From the NCBI GenBank assembly GCA_965140415.1, contig OZ223209.1:5504001-5568000 (forward strand): DNA of 64,000 nucleotides, in the 5' to 3' direction. The notes beneath the pieces are model-generated. The model was not told the DNA's origin, did not search any database, and saw only the letters and a program-made list of their open reading frames with translations. The stretch is from Myxococcota bacterium. GTDB taxonomy: Bacteria; Myxococcota_A; SURF-8. Below, piece after piece: positions 9,507 through 21,425 of this stretch. The translations under genes and the position numbers were made by a program. Within the stretch, counting starts at the first letter, position 1; each line of letters opens with the position of its first letter.

Positions 9507-9818
9507 CTACGGTGCGGTGGTGAACTGCGAGGTCTGGACTTCCTCATCCGGGTTCATGGGATCAAAGATGCAGGATTGCACCTGATCCTCGAAATCGTCC
9601 ATGCATTCCTTGGCGATAATGCAATCCACGAACTCGCGCGAAAAGTTTTTCTTGGTGCATTGCGAATGGCAGAAATCCCACTCGACATCACTGACGGTCG
9701 AATCGCAGGCGCTGTAGGCATCGCATAAATCGCGGCATTGAAAGGGATCGTCCTCTATACCGCAGGCATAACAACCCGCCAGGCAAAGAACGAATACTGC
9801 GATTTTTTGAATGCACAT
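9507..9818 (-). CDS. Small Cys-rich putative lipoprotein
   Basis: GGAGG RBS before ATG 9818; hydrophobic leader ending LAGC/YAC; CxxxC spacing. Confidence 0.65.
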   Translation of the reverse strand: MCIQKIAVFVLCLAGCYACGIEDDPFQCRDLCDAYSACDSTVSDVEWDFCHSQCTKKNFSREFVDCIIAKECMDDFEDQVQSCIFDPMNPDEEVQTSQFTTAP

Positions 9819-10015
9819 GGTCCGCCTCCCGCAACGGTCATTCCGTGGACGACCCCTTGATAACACGCCAAAGCGCCAATCCCAACAGAATCACCGCGCC
9901 GCCACTGACCAGAGAGCGAGACAGCAAGGGCACTTGCCATTCACCGATTTCCAGAATCAGCCCGCCCACTAACGCTGCATAGGCCGAATATCGAAGCAGC
10001 AGCACCATTATTGGA

Positions 10016-11095
10016 TCAGAAACCTTCCGTCTTCATACCGAAGTCGGGGGTATAGTATTTCGAAAGCCCCAGTTCATCACGCATACGGGCGAGCCAGTCG
10101 CGCCGGATGGCGTAGGGCTGGAACATCGACTTGAATCCGTTCATGATAATCTTCTTCAGATCCAACATGCCGAATCCGAACGCCTGATTGGCCAGCAACA
10201 ACTCGTCGGTCACGGTGGTATTGGTGATCAAACGATTATCGGTGTTCAAGGTAACGCGCAAGCCCTTGCGGTAGTACATCGGCAGCGGATGCGCCTCGAT
10301 GGAAGGCACGGCCTTGGTTTGCACGTTCGATTTCAAGCAGACTTCCAGCGGAATGCGGTGATCGTTGACGTAGTTCATCAAGTCGCCGTTTTCGAACAGG
10401 CGCGTGCCGTGCCCGATCCGGTTAGCCTTGTTGTAATGAATGGCCTGGTGAATCGACTCCGCCCCGGCGGCTTCCCCGGCATGAACGGTAACGTTAATAT
10501 TGTTGTTCACGATCAGATAGGTGGATTTCAGGTGATCTTTGGGCGGATAGTTGTACTCGGCACCGGCCAGATCGAACCCCACCACACCGTCGTTTTTATA
10601 GCTCACCGCAAGCTGGGCCAGCTTGTAACTGATTTCATTACTCATATTGCGAATGCCGCAGATAATGACGGTACTCTCCACACCGAATTCTTCTTTACCC
10701 TGACGCAAGCCTTCCAGAACGGAATGGACCACGGTTTCCAGCGGCAGACCCTCACGCGTATGCAGTACCGGCGAGAAGCGAACTTCCATATAGCGTACAT
10801 TCTCCGCTGCCGCATCTTCGACCAGTTCGTAGGCCGCCCGGCGCAGTTTGCCGTCTCCCTGCAACACACGCAGGGTGATGTCGAAGGCTTCCAGGTATTC
10901 TTCCAAGGACTTGCAGTCCTGCCCGACGTGCATGGCCTGGGCCAGCCCCTCTTCGTCTTCGGCGGGCAACTCGATGCCGTCCTGCTGCGCCAGATCCAGA
11001 ATGGTGCCTAAGCGCATGGAGCCATCCAAATGGACGTGCAGATCGATCTTGGGCAATGCCAGGATCTCGTCTCGGGTGAGTTTCTCGAATTTCAT
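10016..11095 (-). CDS. add: Adenosine deaminase
   Basis: LPKIDLHVHLDGS, GFDLAGAE, TVHAGEA, RIGHG, TLNTDN. Confidence 0.93.
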   Translation of the reverse strand: MKFEKLTRDEILALPKIDLHVHLDGSMRLGTILDLAQQDGIELPAEDEEGLAQAMHVGQDCKSLEEYLEAFDITLRVLQGDGKLRRAAYELVEDAAAENVRYMEVRFSPVLHTREGLPLETVVHSVLEGLRQGKEEFGVESTVIICGIRNMSNEISYKLAQLAVSYKNDGVVGFDLAGAEYNYPPKDHLKSTYLIVNNNINVTVHAGEAAGAESIHQAIHYNKANRIGHGTRLFENGDLMNYVNDHRIPLEVCLKSNVQTKAVPSIEAHPLPMYYRKGLRVTLNTDNRLITNTTVTDELLLANQAFGFGMLDLKKIIMNGFKSMFQPYAIRRDWLARMRDELGLSKYYTPDFGMKTEGF

Positions 11096-11238
11096 ATGGC
11101 TTCTCACTTTTCTAAAAGTTGAATACATAACGACAGCCGCTACAGGCGACCATCGGGTTATTCACAACTAGTGTATCATATTTCGCAAGAAAGAAAAGCG
11201 GGAGTGAAAGATGCCATAAACAATGAAATGAAAACCCC

Positions 11239-13260
11239 TCAATGCAGCCGGGCGCTGTCGCTGTCCTGAAAGAGATCCTGCTTTTTCAGGTCCAGGATCA
11301 TATCGCGCAGCTTGGCGGCGCGTTCGAAATCCAGTTTCTTGGCGGCAGCGAGCATGTCGCGCTCCAACTTGCGGATTTCCTTCTTGCGCTGCGCCGCACC
11401 CATGCGCTTGGGCGCTTTTTCCTTGGGCACATCGCGCTGCACCAGATAATCCCGCTCGCCATAGATTCCATTTTGCTGGATGGCCTTGACGATGGTCTTG
11501 GGCGTAATGCCGTGCTCCCGATTGTAGGCCAGTTGCTTTTCGCGGCGTCGCTCGGTTTCCTCCATGGCACGTTTCATCGATTGGGTGATCTGATCCGCAT
11601 ATAGAATCACCTGCCCGTGCACGTTGCGCGCAGCACGACCCATGGTCTGGATCAGCGAGCGCGTCGAGCGCAGGAAACCTTCCTTGTCCGCATCCAGAAT
11701 GGCGACCAACGAAACTTCCGGGATATCCAGGCCCTCGCGCAGCAGGTTGATTCCCACCAGAATGTCAAACTCGCCCAGGCGCAGATCGCGGATAATCTGC
11801 ATGCGGGTGAGCGTGTCGATGTCCGAATGCATGTAGCGCACTTTAAGGCCCAGGTCCGAGTAATAATCGGTCAGTTCCTCGGCCATGCGTTTGGTGAGCG
11901 TCGTTACCAGCACGCGTTCTTTGCGCTCGACGCGCTGACGGATTTCCTCCAGCAGATCGTCTACCTGCTCGGAAGCGGGCTTGATAAGCACTTCCGGATC
12001 CACCAGGCCGGTGGGGCGAATGACCTGTTCCACGAACACACCCTGAGATTTCTCCAGTTCGAAATCGCCGGGAGTGGCGGAGACGTAAACCATCTGATTC
12101 GTGCGCTCGCCGAATTCCTCGAAAGTCAGAGGGCGGTTATCCTGCGCCGAAGGCAGGCGGAAACCGAACTCTACCAGCGTGTCTTTTCGCGACTTGTTGC
12201 CGCGATACATACCACCGACCTGCGGCAGGGTGACGTGGGATTCATCGACGAAGAGCAACCACTCCTTGGGGAAGAAGTCCAGCAGGCAGGGGGGCGGATC
12301 GCCGGGATTGCAACCGGTTAAATGGCGCGTATAGTTTTCGATGCCGTTGCAATAACCGACCTGCTCGATCATTTCGATGTCGAACATGGTGCGCTGCTCG
12401 ATCCGTTGCGCCTCCAGTAACTTGCCGTTTTTATTCAAGTATTGCAGGTGCTCGCGCAATTCATCCTGGATGGAGCGAACGGCGCGCTCGCGCACCTGTT
12501 CGGTGACGACGTAGTGGCTGGCCGGATAGATGGCAATCTTGGGCAGCCGTTGAATGACCTTGCCGCGTAACGGGTCGATTTCGCTGATGGACGTGACTTC
12601 ATCGCCCCAGAATTCGATGCGCACGGCGCGTTCGTTTTCATAAGCGGGCAGCACCTCGAGCACGTCGCCGCGCACGCGAAAAACACCGCGATGAAAATCC
12701 GTGTCGTTGCGTTCATATTGGATGTCGATCAGTTTGCGGATGACCTTGTCGCGCTCGATGCGGTCGCCCTCCTGCAAAAAAATCAGCAGACCCTGATAGG
12801 CTTCGGGCGATCCCAGACCGTAAATGCAGGACACGCTGGAAACGATCAACACATCATTGCGCTCCAAAAGCGACCGAGTCGCACTAAGGCGCATCTTGTC
12901 GATCTCGTCGTTGATCATCGACTCTTTATCGATGTAGGTGTCGGTGCTGGGGATATAGGCTTCCGGCTGGTAGTAGTCGTAATAACTAACGAAATACTCC
13001 ACCGCGTTATTCGGGAACAGTTCCTTGAATTCGTTGTAGAGCTGCCCGGCCAGGGTTTTGTTGTGCGCCAGAACCAGCGTAGGCCGGTTGATGGCCGCCA
13101 CGACATTGGCCATGGTAAAGGTCTTGCCGCTGCCGGTGACACCCAGCAATACCTGGTGCCGGTCGCCGCGCTGCACGCCCGCCACCAACTCCTCGATGGC
13201 CTGCGGCTGATCGCCGGTCGGTTGATAATCGGAATTCAATTCAAAGCGTTGTCGTATCAT
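11239..13260 (-). CDS. uvrB: Excinuclease ABC subunit B
   Basis: [37 protein letters not shown]-terminal UVR domain. Confidence 0.99.
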   Translation of the reverse strand: MIRQRFELNSDYQPTGDQPQAIEELVAGVQRGDRHQVLLGVTGSGKTFTMANVVAAINRPTLVLAHNKTLAGQLYNEFKELFPNNAVEYFVSYYDYYQPEAYIPSTDTYIDKESMINDEIDKMRLSATRSLLERNDVLIVSSVSCIYGLGSPEAYQGLLIFLQEGDRIERDKVIRKLIDIQYERNDTDFHRGVFRVRGDVLEVLPAYENERAVRIEFWGDEVTSISEIDPLRGKVIQRLPKIAIYPASHYVVTEQVRERAVRSIQDELREHLQYLNKNGKLLEAQRIEQRTMFDIEMIEQVGYCNGIENYTRHLTGCNPGDPPPCLLDFFPKEWLLFVDESHVTLPQVGGMYRGNKSRKDTLVEFGFRLPSAQDNRPLTFEEFGERTNQMVYVSATPGDFELEKSQGVFVEQVIRPTGLVDPEVLIKPASEQVDDLLEEIRQRVERKERVLVTTLTKRMAEELTDYYSDLGLKVRYMHSDIDTLTRMQIIRDLRLGEFDILVGINLLREGLDIPEVSLVAILDADKEGFLRSTRSLIQTMGRAARNVHGQVILYADQITQSMKRAMEETERRREKQLAYNREHGITPKTIVKAIQQNGIYGERDYLVQRDVPKEKAPKRMGAAQRKKEIRKLERDMLAAAKKLDFERAAKLRDMILDLKKQDLFQDSDSARLH

Positions 13261-13290
13261 GGGGGTACATCCTTGCTTTACAAAACGGAG

Positions 13291-14049
13291 CTAGCGAGCG
13301 CCGCGCCGGTTGATCAGCCCCGCCGCCACCGCTGCGCCGAAACCGTTATCGATGTTGACGACGGTGACGCCCGGCGCACAGGAAGTCAGCATGCCCAAGA
13401 GCGCCGCCAGACCGCCAAAGCTGGCTCCATAACCGATGCTGGTGGGCACCGCAACGACCGGGCAGGCCACGACGCCGCCGATAATCGAAGCCAGTGCGCC
13501 TTCCATTCCGGCGGCAACCACGATTGCGCGCGCATCACGCAACAAAGTGAGCTTGTCGAACAGGCGATGAACGCCTGCCACGCCGACATCGTAGACACGC
13601 TCCACACGCTCGCCCATCATCTCCAGCGTAATGGCGGCTTCCTCCGCCACAGGCAGATCGCTGGTTCCGGCGGTCACAACCGCCACCAGTCCGCGTCCGC
13701 GCCCTGAGCGCTTGCGTGCAAACTTGTAGACGGTGCGCGAAAGCGGATCATGCGTGCTTCCGGCGACCGCCTGCGCCACGGCTTGACCTTTCTCGGCATC
13801 CACGCGCGTGACGAGTAACGGCATCTCGCGCTTTAAGATGTTGTTTGAAATGTCGATAATCTGCTCGGCACTCTTGCCCTCGCCGTAAACCACCTCAGGC
13901 ACTCCGGTGCGCAATAGCCGGTGATGATCCACCGTAGCGTGTTCGGTTGCTTCATAGGGTAGCCGACTGAGCTGCTCCATGGCATCCGTGGTGTTCAGCT
14001 TGCCATTGGCGACCTGTTGCAAAAGCTGTTTCAGTCGTTTCGGGTCCAT
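13291..14049 (-). CDS. larB: Nickel-pincer cofactor biosynthesis protein LarB
   Basis: [64 protein letters not shown]. Confidence 0.92.
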   Translation of the reverse strand: MDPKRLKQLLQQVANGKLNTTDAMEQLSRLPYEATEHATVDHHRLLRTGVPEVVYGEGKSAEQIIDISNNILKREMPLLVTRVDAEKGQAVAQAVAGSTHDPLSRTVYKFARKRSGRGRGLVAVVTAGTSDLPVAEEAAITLEMMGERVERVYDVGVAGVHRLFDKLTLLRDARAIVVAAGMEGALASIIGGVVACPVVAVPTSIGYGASFGGLAALLGMLTSCAPGVTVVNIDNGFGAAVAAGLINRRGAR

Positions 14050-14075
14050 CGGTCTCCTACAGGGCTAAAATGGAT

Positions 14076-14189
14076 GTCGGGCGATTGCTCGCCCGACCAC
14101 GAAGACAAAAGTCAGGAGCAGGACAGGAACCCTGCTCCAACGTGAACGCGATGTCATTTTGTAACGGCGGGCTTACGCCTCGCCGCTAC
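14076..14189. repeat. REP-like palindrome cluster
   Basis: GTCGGGCGA-TTGC-TCGCCCGAC (14076-14097), GGAGCAGG...CCTGCTCC (14115-14138) and GTAACGGCGGGC...GCCTCGCCGCTAC (14161-14189). Confidence 0.75.
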
Positions 14190-14216
14190 GGAAATCAAGA
14201 AATCAAAAATAAGCGC

Positions 14217-16577
14217 TCAGTTTGCGGCGTCTTCCTGTGCAATCGTCACCGCCAGCACGTCGTCGATGCGCGAGGCGAAGACGGCATTGAACTGGCGACG
14301 CAGATGCGGAGGAATTTCCACCATATCCTTCTCATTACGAGAGGGAATGACGATGGTTTTAATTCCGGCGCGCAGCGCGGCAAGCACTTTCATCTTCAAT
14401 CCACCGATGGGCAGCACTTTTCCGGTCAGCGTGATTTCACCGGTCATGGCGACGTCGTGGCGTACCTTGCGTCCGGTAAGCACCGAGAATAAGGTCGTGG
14501 CCATCGTCACGCCTGCGCTGGGACCATCTTTGGGAATCGCTCCCGCCGGAACGTGGATGTGTACCTGGAATTCATCGAAAGCCGCTTCCGGGATGCCGTA
14601 TTCCTCCGATTTGCTGCGCAGATAACTCCAAGCCGCCTGGGCCGATTCCTTCATCACATCACCCAGTTGCCCGGTCAGAATCAGTTGCCCCTTGCCGCGC
14701 ATGCTGCGGGCTTCGATGTACAGAATATCGCCGCCCACCGGAGTCCAGGCCAAACCGGCGGCCACGCCGATCTGATCCTGTTTTTCCTCTTCCGTTTCCA
14801 GATAAACGGGCGGTCCCAGGTATTTTTCCGCCAGTTTCGCCGTGATCACGCGGGAAGTCCGCTTGCCTTCGGCCAGTTCAAGCGCCACTTTGCGGCACAC
14901 CGCACCAATTTTCCGCTCCAGGTTACGCAGACCCGATTCCCGTGTGTAATTGATCACGATAAATTCGACGGCTTTGTCGTTGAAGCGAATCTGTTCCGGC
15001 GTCATGCCGTTTTCTTCGATCTGCTTTGGAAGCAGGAAACGCTTGGCAATATGCAGTTTTTCATCGGAACTGTAACCGGATAACTGAATGACTTCCATAC
15101 GATCGCGCAACGCCGGCGGGATGGTATCCAGCACGTTGGCGGTGGCGATGAACATCACCTCGGTCAGATCGAAAGCCAGGTTGATGTAATGATCCACGAA
15201 GCTGTGATTCTGCTCCGGGTCCAGCACTTCCAACAGCGCCGAGCTGGGATCGCCACGGAAGTCGGAGCCGAGCTTGTCGATTTCGTCCATCATGAACACC
15301 GGGTTTCGCGTCCCCGCCTGCTTCAATCCCTGAATGATCTTGCCCGGCATCGCGCCGACATAAGTCCGCCGATGACCGCGCATTTCCGCTTCGTCACGCA
15401 CGCCGCCCAAGGAAATCCGCACGAATTCACGATTCAGACAGCGCGCAATCGATTTACCCAGCGAGGTTTTGCCGACACCCGGAGGACCGACGAAGCACAG
15501 GATCGGTCCTTTGTGAGTGCCTTTCAGTTTGCGCACGCCCAAAAATTCCAGAATGCGTTCCTTGATCTTTTCCAGATCGTAGTGGTCTTCATCCAGAATT
15601 TTACGGGCGAGCGGAATGTCCAGGGTATCTTCGCTCAATTTCTGCCAGGGAATTTCCACCAGCCAGTCGAGGTAGGTGCGGATCACCGCCGCCTCGGCGC
15701 TTTCGGCATTCATCATTTCCAGGCGCTCGATCTGCTTGGTGGCTTCCTTGATGCCTTCCTCGGTCATGCCGATCTGCTGGATTTTCTGGCGCAGTTCGTC
15801 CATTTCCTGCTGGCGGGAATCGCTTTCGCCCAATTCCGCCTTGATCTGGCGCAACTGCTCGCGCAGGAAGTAGTCGCGCTGCGATTTGCTCATTTCCTCA
15901 CGCGCCTGATTCTGAATCTTGGCCTGCATCGTCAATACTTTGGTTTCCTTGTCCAAAATCGTATTGACGCGGTGCAGCCGCTCGATAGGATCTAAAATCT
16001 CAAGGATTTCCTGGGATTCCTTGACATCGGTGATCAGATTGCTGACGACCAGATCCGCCAGGCGACCGGGATGCGTGATCGAGCCAATCATCAACAGGAT
16101 GTCGGGAGAGATCTGCTTACCCAGATTGATGACCTTTTCCATGCCTTCCTTGACGGTGCGCATGATGGCTTCGATCTGCACGGACTGTTCCTCATCGGGG
16201 TCGTAGTCTTCCAGACCTTCCACACCGACCTCGATAAAGGGACGTTCCTCCCACACGGTCTTGATCGTCGCCCGCTGCAAGCCCTGAACCAGGATCTTGA
16301 TCCGGCCATCGACCAGTTTACGCATCCGCATGATCATGCCGACGACACCCAACTGGTACAAGTCGCCGCTATTGGGTTCCTCTTCCAAGGAATCCTGCTG
16401 GGCGACCAGAAAGACCAGGCGATCCTTGGAAAGCGAATGGTCCACCGCACTGACCGTCATGGGACGATTCACGAAAAGTGGAACGATCATATATGGATAC
16501 ACCACGAGGTCTTTGATGGGAAGTACGGGAAGTCGCTCCGGTATTTCCACTTTCTCGCGTTCGAGTTCTTCCGTCAT
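14217..16577 (-). CDS. lon: ATP-dependent protease La (Lon)
   Basis: LON N-domain, [20 protein letters not shown], catalytic PKDGPSAG and GGLKMK. Confidence 0.98.
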   Translation of the reverse strand: MTEELEREKVEIPERLPVLPIKDLVVYPYMIVPLFVNRPMTVSAVDHSLSKDRLVFLVAQQDSLEEEPNSGDLYQLGVVGMIMRMRKLVDGRIKILVQGLQRATIKTVWEERPFIEVGVEGLEDYDPDEEQSVQIEAIMRTVKEGMEKVINLGKQISPDILLMIGSITHPGRLADLVVSNLITDVKESQEILEILDPIERLHRVNTILDKETKVLTMQAKIQNQAREEMSKSQRDYFLREQLRQIKAELGESDSRQQEMDELRQKIQQIGMTEEGIKEATKQIERLEMMNAESAEAAVIRTYLDWLVEIPWQKLSEDTLDIPLARKILDEDHYDLEKIKERILEFLGVRKLKGTHKGPILCFVGPPGVGKTSLGKSIARCLNREFVRISLGGVRDEAEMRGHRRTYVGAMPGKIIQGLKQAGTRNPVFMMDEIDKLGSDFRGDPSSALLEVLDPEQNHSFVDHYINLAFDLTEVMFIATANVLDTIPPALRDRMEVIQLSGYSSDEKLHIAKRFLLPKQIEENGMTPEQIRFNDKAVEFIVINYTRESGLRNLERKIGAVCRKVALELAEGKRTSRVITAKLAEKYLGPPVYLETEEEKQDQIGVAAGLAWTPVGGDILYIEARSMRGKGQLILTGQLGDVMKESAQAAWSYLRSKSEEYGIPEAAFDEFQVHIHVPAGAIPKDGPSAGVTMATTLFSVLTGRKVRHDVAMTGEITLTGKVLPIGGLKMKVLAALRAGIKTIVIPSRNEKDMVEIPPHLRRQFNAVFASRIDDVLAVTIAQEDAAN

Positions 16578-16645
16578 TTTTCATCCTCTATCAGTGGCTT
16601 GGTTTACCCAAATAGGCGATATATTGTTGCTACATATTCAATCGG

Positions 16646-17095
16646 TCAATCGATCGGGATTCTTTTGCGTTTTCCGCGCCGATCGGAAATCTTTGGAAGC
16701 ACGACTTCCAAAACGCCGTCTTTCATCGACGCCTTGGCATTTTGCGTATCCACCGGCTTGGGAATACCGATGTCGCGCTTGAATTTGCCGAATTCGCGTT
16801 CGAGATTGACGAAGGAGACTTTGTCGCCACCGTAACCGGGTTGCTTTTTCCCTTCGATCATCAGCAGATCGCGGGTGATGAACACATCCAGGTCACCCTT
16901 CCCCATGCCGGGAACTTCCGCCCGCACATGAAAGGCATCGTCGCATTCGTACACATCCACACTTAATTCCAGACTGTTACAGCGCGGGGAAAAACGATCG
17001 GTGGGTTTGCCGACGACATCGGAAAGGAGCTGGTTCAGCTCTTCCTGAATCGTAAGCAACCGCGCTTTCGAATAGTCTTTCTTGATATTGGCCAT
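16646..17095 (-). CDS. Hsp20/alpha-crystallin small heat-shock protein
   Basis: VDVYE...AEVPG...EREFGKFKR...A.MKDGVLEV.LPK, C-terminal IPID motif. Confidence 0.92.
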   Translation of the reverse strand: MANIKKDYSKARLLTIQEELNQLLSDVVGKPTDRFSPRCNSLELSVDVYECDDAFHVRAEVPGMGKGDLDVFITRDLLMIEGKKQPGYGGDKVSFVNLEREFGKFKRDIGIPKPVDTQNAKASMKDGVLEVVLPKISDRRGKRKRIPID

Positions 17096-17190
17096 ACAGC
17101 CCTCCTTGCCTTGTTCACCCCACGGATGCAGAATGAGGCGATTGTACCTTTTCGGCTCGCGTTTCGCAATGCCCTACAAGGCTTCTTTGC

Positions 17191-19338
17191 TTAAGATCCG
17201 TTTTTTACTCGCTGAAAGTGAATCAGCAGCCCGATCAGCAACCCGAACATGATCAAGGAACCATACGGCGCGAAGGCTCCCATCCAACCGTGCGCCACAT
17301 CCAGGTGGATTTTCTGCCAGGCCAACAGCGCCAGCAGAATTCCAATGAGCGCTTCTCCTGCGATCAAGCCGGAGGACAGCAGAATGCCGTTTTCGCGCAC
17401 CGACTCGCGCTTTTCCTTTTTGCTGAAATGCATCATCAATCCGCGCACCACGCCACCGGCGATGATCGGCGTGGATAACGACAGCGGCAGATACAAGCCC
17501 ACCGCAAAGGGCAACGACGGAATCCCGAGCAATTCCACCACAATCGCCGCAAACGCTCCGATAAAGATCAGCATCCACGGCAAATTGGCGCTCATCACGC
17601 CATCGATGACCATGGCCATCAAGGTGGCCTGCGGCGCTTTCAGGCGCTTGTCTTTGCTGCTGCTTTCCGCTTCTCCCTGCTGCAAATAGTAATTGAGCTT
17701 GTCGTTTAAACTCATCGATTCATAGCGGGCGGCATCCAGCCCCATGCGTTCGTTGTTCTGACTCGCCAGATCGCGTTCCTGCTCCTGCCAGATCCGCGTG
17801 ACTTTTGCGCTGTCGGCAAATACGCCCTCGCCCTGGATCATGGCCTGCGCCTGCTGGTGATTCAGCCCTTCCGGCGTCGGTCCGATGCCGTAGCCTTTGT
17901 TCAACACGAACAGCGTCAACCCGATAAACAGGGCCGCTACGACCACGCCGATAAATTCTCCGATCTGCTGCCTCCAGGGCGTCGCCCCGACCAGAAAACC
18001 GGTTTTCAGATCCTGCGAAGTATCGCCCGCGATGCAGATACCGATACAAACGATCCCCCCGGCGGTGATGGCCGCGATTTTTCCGGCCTCACCCGAATAT
18101 CCCGCCCAGGCCAGAATGCTGGTAACAGCCAACAGGGTGGCGATCGTCATACCGCTGGCGGGATTGCTGGAGGAGCCGATCAAGCCGACGATGCGGCTAC
18201 TGACGGTCACGAAAAAGAAACTGAACAGGACAATCAGGAAGGTCGCCAAAAAACCGACCGGAATGAAGGGGATGATCCAGATCAACAGACCAACCGCCAA
18301 AGCACCAGCCAATACGAACCAGCCGGGCAGATCGCGCTGGGTGCGCAAGACGTCACCTTTTTTAGCGCTGACGCCGAACTTGGCCAGCCCGATTTTAAAG
18401 GAACGAATAATCGTGGGCAGGGCTTTGATGAGGCTCAGCATACCGCCGCAGGCCACCGCACCCGCGCCGATGTAGCGGATGTAATAATTCCAGATTTCGC
18501 CGGGAGCCATAAAGCCGATCAGCGTTTTACGCGCGGGGAAGATCGGATCGACGGATTGTCCCCCGAAGACCGCGATGGCCGGAATCAACACCAGCCAGCC
18601 CATTACACCACCGGCGAGCATGATTCCCGCAATGCGAGGACCGATGATGTAACCGACACCCAATAGCGCCGGGAGATTGTCCAGCCCGATTTCTACGGAG
18701 GGTAATTTCTTGCTTGTAAAGCTGGGGCTTTCAGGCCACAAACCCAGACCCTTCATCAGGAAGGTGTAAATCGCGCCGAGACCCAGGCCAACAAATACCT
18801 TGCGCGCCTTCAAGCCGCCTTCCTGACCGGCGGCCAGCACTTCGGCGCAGGCGGTGCCTTCCGGATACGGCAGTTTCTCGTGTTCTTCGACGATCAGGTG
18901 CTTGCGCAGCGGAATCATGAAGAGCACACCCAACAGACCGCCAAGCAGCGAAAGCGTGAAAATGAAAAAGAGGGAGGGATCGTGACCCCAGATGATCAGT
19001 GCCGGTAAGGTAAAGACCACCCCGGCGGCCAGCGATTCTCCCGCCGAGCCGATGGTCTGCACCATGTTGTTTTCCAGAATCGTACCGCGCTTAAAAATGC
19101 CGCGCAGAATCGCCATGGAAATCACTGCCACGGGAATCGAAGCACTGACGGTCAGCCCGACATTCAATGCCAGGTAGACATTGGCCGCACCGAAAATGAC
19201 TCCCAATACGGCTCCCAACAGAACCGCTTTGATCGTGAATTCCGCGACATGCTGATCGGCAGGAATGATCGGAGTGAAACCGGATGCTTCCGCTTGTTCT
19301 GCGGATCGGTCGGATTGCCGGGAAGGATTCGCGTCCAT
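17191..19338 (-). CDS. Oligopeptide transporter, OPT family
   Basis: GLTVSASIP, ENNMVQT, LPYPEGTACA, SSNPASG, SQDLKTG, APQATLM, FAVGLYLP. Confidence 0.95.
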   Translation of the reverse strand: MDANPSRQSDRSAEQAEASGFTPIIPADQHVAEFTIKAVLLGAVLGVIFGAANVYLALNVGLTVSASIPVAVISMAILRGIFKRGTILENNMVQTIGSAGESLAAGVVFTLPALIIWGHDPSLFFIFTLSLLGGLLGVLFMIPLRKHLIVEEHEKLPYPEGTACAEVLAAGQEGGLKARKVFVGLGLGAIYTFLMKGLGLWPESPSFTSKKLPSVEIGLDNLPALLGVGYIIGPRIAGIMLAGGVMGWLVLIPAIAVFGGQSVDPIFPARKTLIGFMAPGEIWNYYIRYIGAGAVACGGMLSLIKALPTIIRSFKIGLAKFGVSAKKGDVLRTQRDLPGWFVLAGALAVGLLIWIIPFIPVGFLATFLIVLFSFFFVTVSSRIVGLIGSSSNPASGMTIATLLAVTSILAWAGYSGEAGKIAAITAGGIVCIGICIAGDTSQDLKTGFLVGATPWRQQIGEFIGVVVAALFIGLTLFVLNKGYGIGPTPEGLNHQQAQAMIQGEGVFADSAKVTRIWQEQERDLASQNNERMGLDAARYESMSLNDKLNYYLQQGEAESSSKDKRLKAPQATLMAMVIDGVMSANLPWMLIFIGAFAAIVVELLGIPSLPFAVGLYLPLSLSTPIIAGGVVRGLMMHFSKKEKRESVRENGILLSSGLIAGEALIGILLALLAWQKIHLDVAHGWMGAFAPYGSLIMFGLLIGLLIHFQRVKNGS

Positions 19339-19391
19339 ACTCGCCCTCTCGCTGTTTCGTTCGTGGATTGACGATACTAGTTCGAGGCCCT

Positions 19392-19420
19392 ACGATACTT
19401 GAGCCGCGCCGGGGTGTCAA
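19392..19420 (-). promoter_or_regulatory. Putative sigma70 promoter of the OPT gene
   Basis: TTGACA-17 bp-TATCGT. Confidence 0.6.
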
Positions 19421-19494
19421 TTCTTAGCTGAGAGGAAATGACTTGAATTTCGAAATGATTATGAAACCGGTATGATCCCGAAAAAAGAAAACAG

Positions 19495-19523
19495 AAAAAC
19501 CCCCGAAGTCACCCTTCGGGGGT
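19495..19523 (-). terminator. Rho-independent terminator after rpmB
   Basis: ACCCCCGAAG/CTTCGGGGGT stem followed by a T-run on the minus strand. Confidence 0.75.
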
Positions 19524-19553
19524 AGATATGCAGCGGATCGTTGGCACGCAGAA

Positions 19554-19778
19554 TTATTCGGCGGCTTTCGGCTGGAAAGTCTGAGCCGGAACCTTGGTTA
19601 CGCGGCCACTGCGGATGCAACGAGTGCACACGCTCATGCGCTTGACCGTGCCTTTTTCGTCCAGCGTGCGGATCTTCTGAATATTGGCCTTAAACTGGCG
19701 ACGCGTTTTGTTGTTCGCGTGGCTGACGTTATTGCCGGAAATCATACCCTTGCCACAAATTTCACATCGTCTCGACAT
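19554..19778 (-). CDS. rpmB: 50S ribosomal protein L28
   Basis: [36 protein letters not shown]. Confidence 0.97.
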   Translation of the reverse strand: MSRRCEICGKGMISGNNVSHANNKTRRQFKANIQKIRTLDEKGTVKRMSVCTRCIRSGRVTKVPAQTFQPKAAE

Positions 19779-19877
19779 GATTCACCTCCAAGTTCTCGCT
19801 CATTCGCGAATGCGGACGCCGGTATGTACCATACCCACCCTTTGCATGCAAGGTTTTTTTTGCAAACAGTAAAGGGA

Positions 19878-21338
19878 TCATGGTTTTTTCAATTCGTCCT
19901 TTTTCGGCTTCTTTTTACTGATCTCTCTCGCAATAGCCCAACCCGTAATGAAATCACCTTCCAGACCGAGTTCGGGCAAGACTTCCGCTCCGGCCAAGTA
20001 GCTGTTTTTCATCGGTAAAGTATAGGGCATCCCCCCGAAAAAGTCCTGCTGGTCATTGCAATTGTAGAGCAGACGACGCCCGGCCAGGCGCGTGAGATCG
20101 TTTAGCTCCTGTAACTTCGGAACCTGTTCGAAGTAGATTTTCTTGATATTTCCTTCCAGGAACGGAATCAGCGCTTTTATGCGCTCGATCGTTTCTTGTT
20201 GGAGATTCTGTACGCGCTCCGGGACAAAATCCTCAATCTTTACAGACTGATAGACATCCAGCCGTTCGATATCGGAATCCATGGGAATTTCCGGGTCGCG
20301 GGTGAAAAGCAACGGTTCGCCGTGCTGCGCGTCAAGTTGGAACAGAACGTGTTCCATGCCTTCCGGAATCACGTTGCGATCGAGCACCAGACTCAGTTTG
20401 ACCAGAGTATGGCTGGGCTGGATGCGCTGCAATTGCTCCTCGGCGAATTTCCGGCTTTTTTTGGAGGGTAGCACGTTAGGCAGCAGAAACGAATCCATGG
20501 CGAAAATCAGCGATTCGCCCCCGTAGGTGTTCTTTACATCATGCAGGTAGGTGGACGACTGCCTGTTTTCGACTTCCTGTAAGGCGGTCTGTTGCAGAAT
20601 GCGGCCATTATGCTTGTCCAGCCGCTCGATGAGCAACTCTTCCAGGCTTTGATCGCCGGTCGGATACACCAGGTTTCCAAAGAAAGACAGTGAGGCTCTC
20701 TGCAACAGCATGGGGTTGTGACCATCGGACAGATCGCTGGTAAAGCCACCCAGCGAAGTCATGATGCGCGCCAGCAGATTGCTCGACCACTGCTCCTCTA
20801 AACGCGGCTGAATGCCCGCCTGATCCAGGTTGTGGGTCAACTCTTTCTGACGGGCGGAATACTCCCAGCGTTGCTTGATGCCAGCCGGATGCACCGGCAA
20901 TCCGGGTGCGAGAAAGGCATCAAGCTGGGCGTTTAATTTATCCAATGAAATCAGCAAGTCTCCGATTTCATGGGGATTGGCTTCCTCGCCGAATTCGCGC
21001 TCCAGTTCGACCGCCAGCTTGACCCGATCGTTGGGTAACGAGGCGCGATGGCCGGGAATGACGTACTGAAAGAGTGGATTGATTCCTTTGAAATTGGAAC
21101 GGATCGTATGCCCGAGGTTCAGTTCCCGAAGCACTGCCTTGGGAATGGGCAGATCGAAAATGTCCGGTAGAAACAGGCGGCTGCGTCGTGATGCATCGCC
21201 GACAACCTGTTCCTGATCGGGACCGGAAACATTGCGAATCCAAAGCACCGAATACTTGCGCGCCGCCAGCAGAGTGGCCGCAATCAGCCCCGCCAGATTC
21301 TCCCCCAACAGGATCACGTCGAAATACTTCGCCCGCAT
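19878..21338 (-). CDS. FAD-dependent oxidoreductase-like protein (phytoene dehydrogenase-like fold), possibly degenerate
   Basis: N-terminal Rossmann-like DVILLGENLAGLIAA; C-terminal PMKNSYLAG...LGLEG. Confidence 0.55.
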   Translation of the reverse strand: MRAKYFDVILLGENLAGLIAATLLAARKYSVLWIRNVSGPDQEQVVGDASRRSRLFLPDIFDLPIPKAVLRELNLGHTIRSNFKGINPLFQYVIPGHRASLPNDRVKLAVELEREFGEEANPHEIGDLLISLDKLNAQLDAFLAPGLPVHPAGIKQRWEYSARQKELTHNLDQAGIQPRLEEQWSSNLLARIMTSLGGFTSDLSDGHNPMLLQRASLSFFGNLVYPTGDQSLEELLIERLDKHNGRILQQTALQEVENRQSSTYLHDVKNTYGGESLIFAMDSFLLPNVLPSKKSRKFAEEQLQRIQPSHTLVKLSLVLDRNVIPEGMEHVLFQLDAQHGEPLLFTRDPEIPMDSDIERLDVYQSVKIEDFVPERVQNLQQETIERIKALIPFLEGNIKKIYFEQVPKLQELNDLTRLAGRRLLYNCNDQQDFFGGMPYTLPMKNSYLAGAEVLPELGLEGDFITGWAIAREISKKKPKKDELKKP

Positions 21339-21425
21339 CGCCCTGCTATCCTCTCGTTACCAAACCACATATGAAAATCGGGAAGGGGTTGCCTTCCCGA
21401 TTGAAACAACAGAACTTACAACCAC

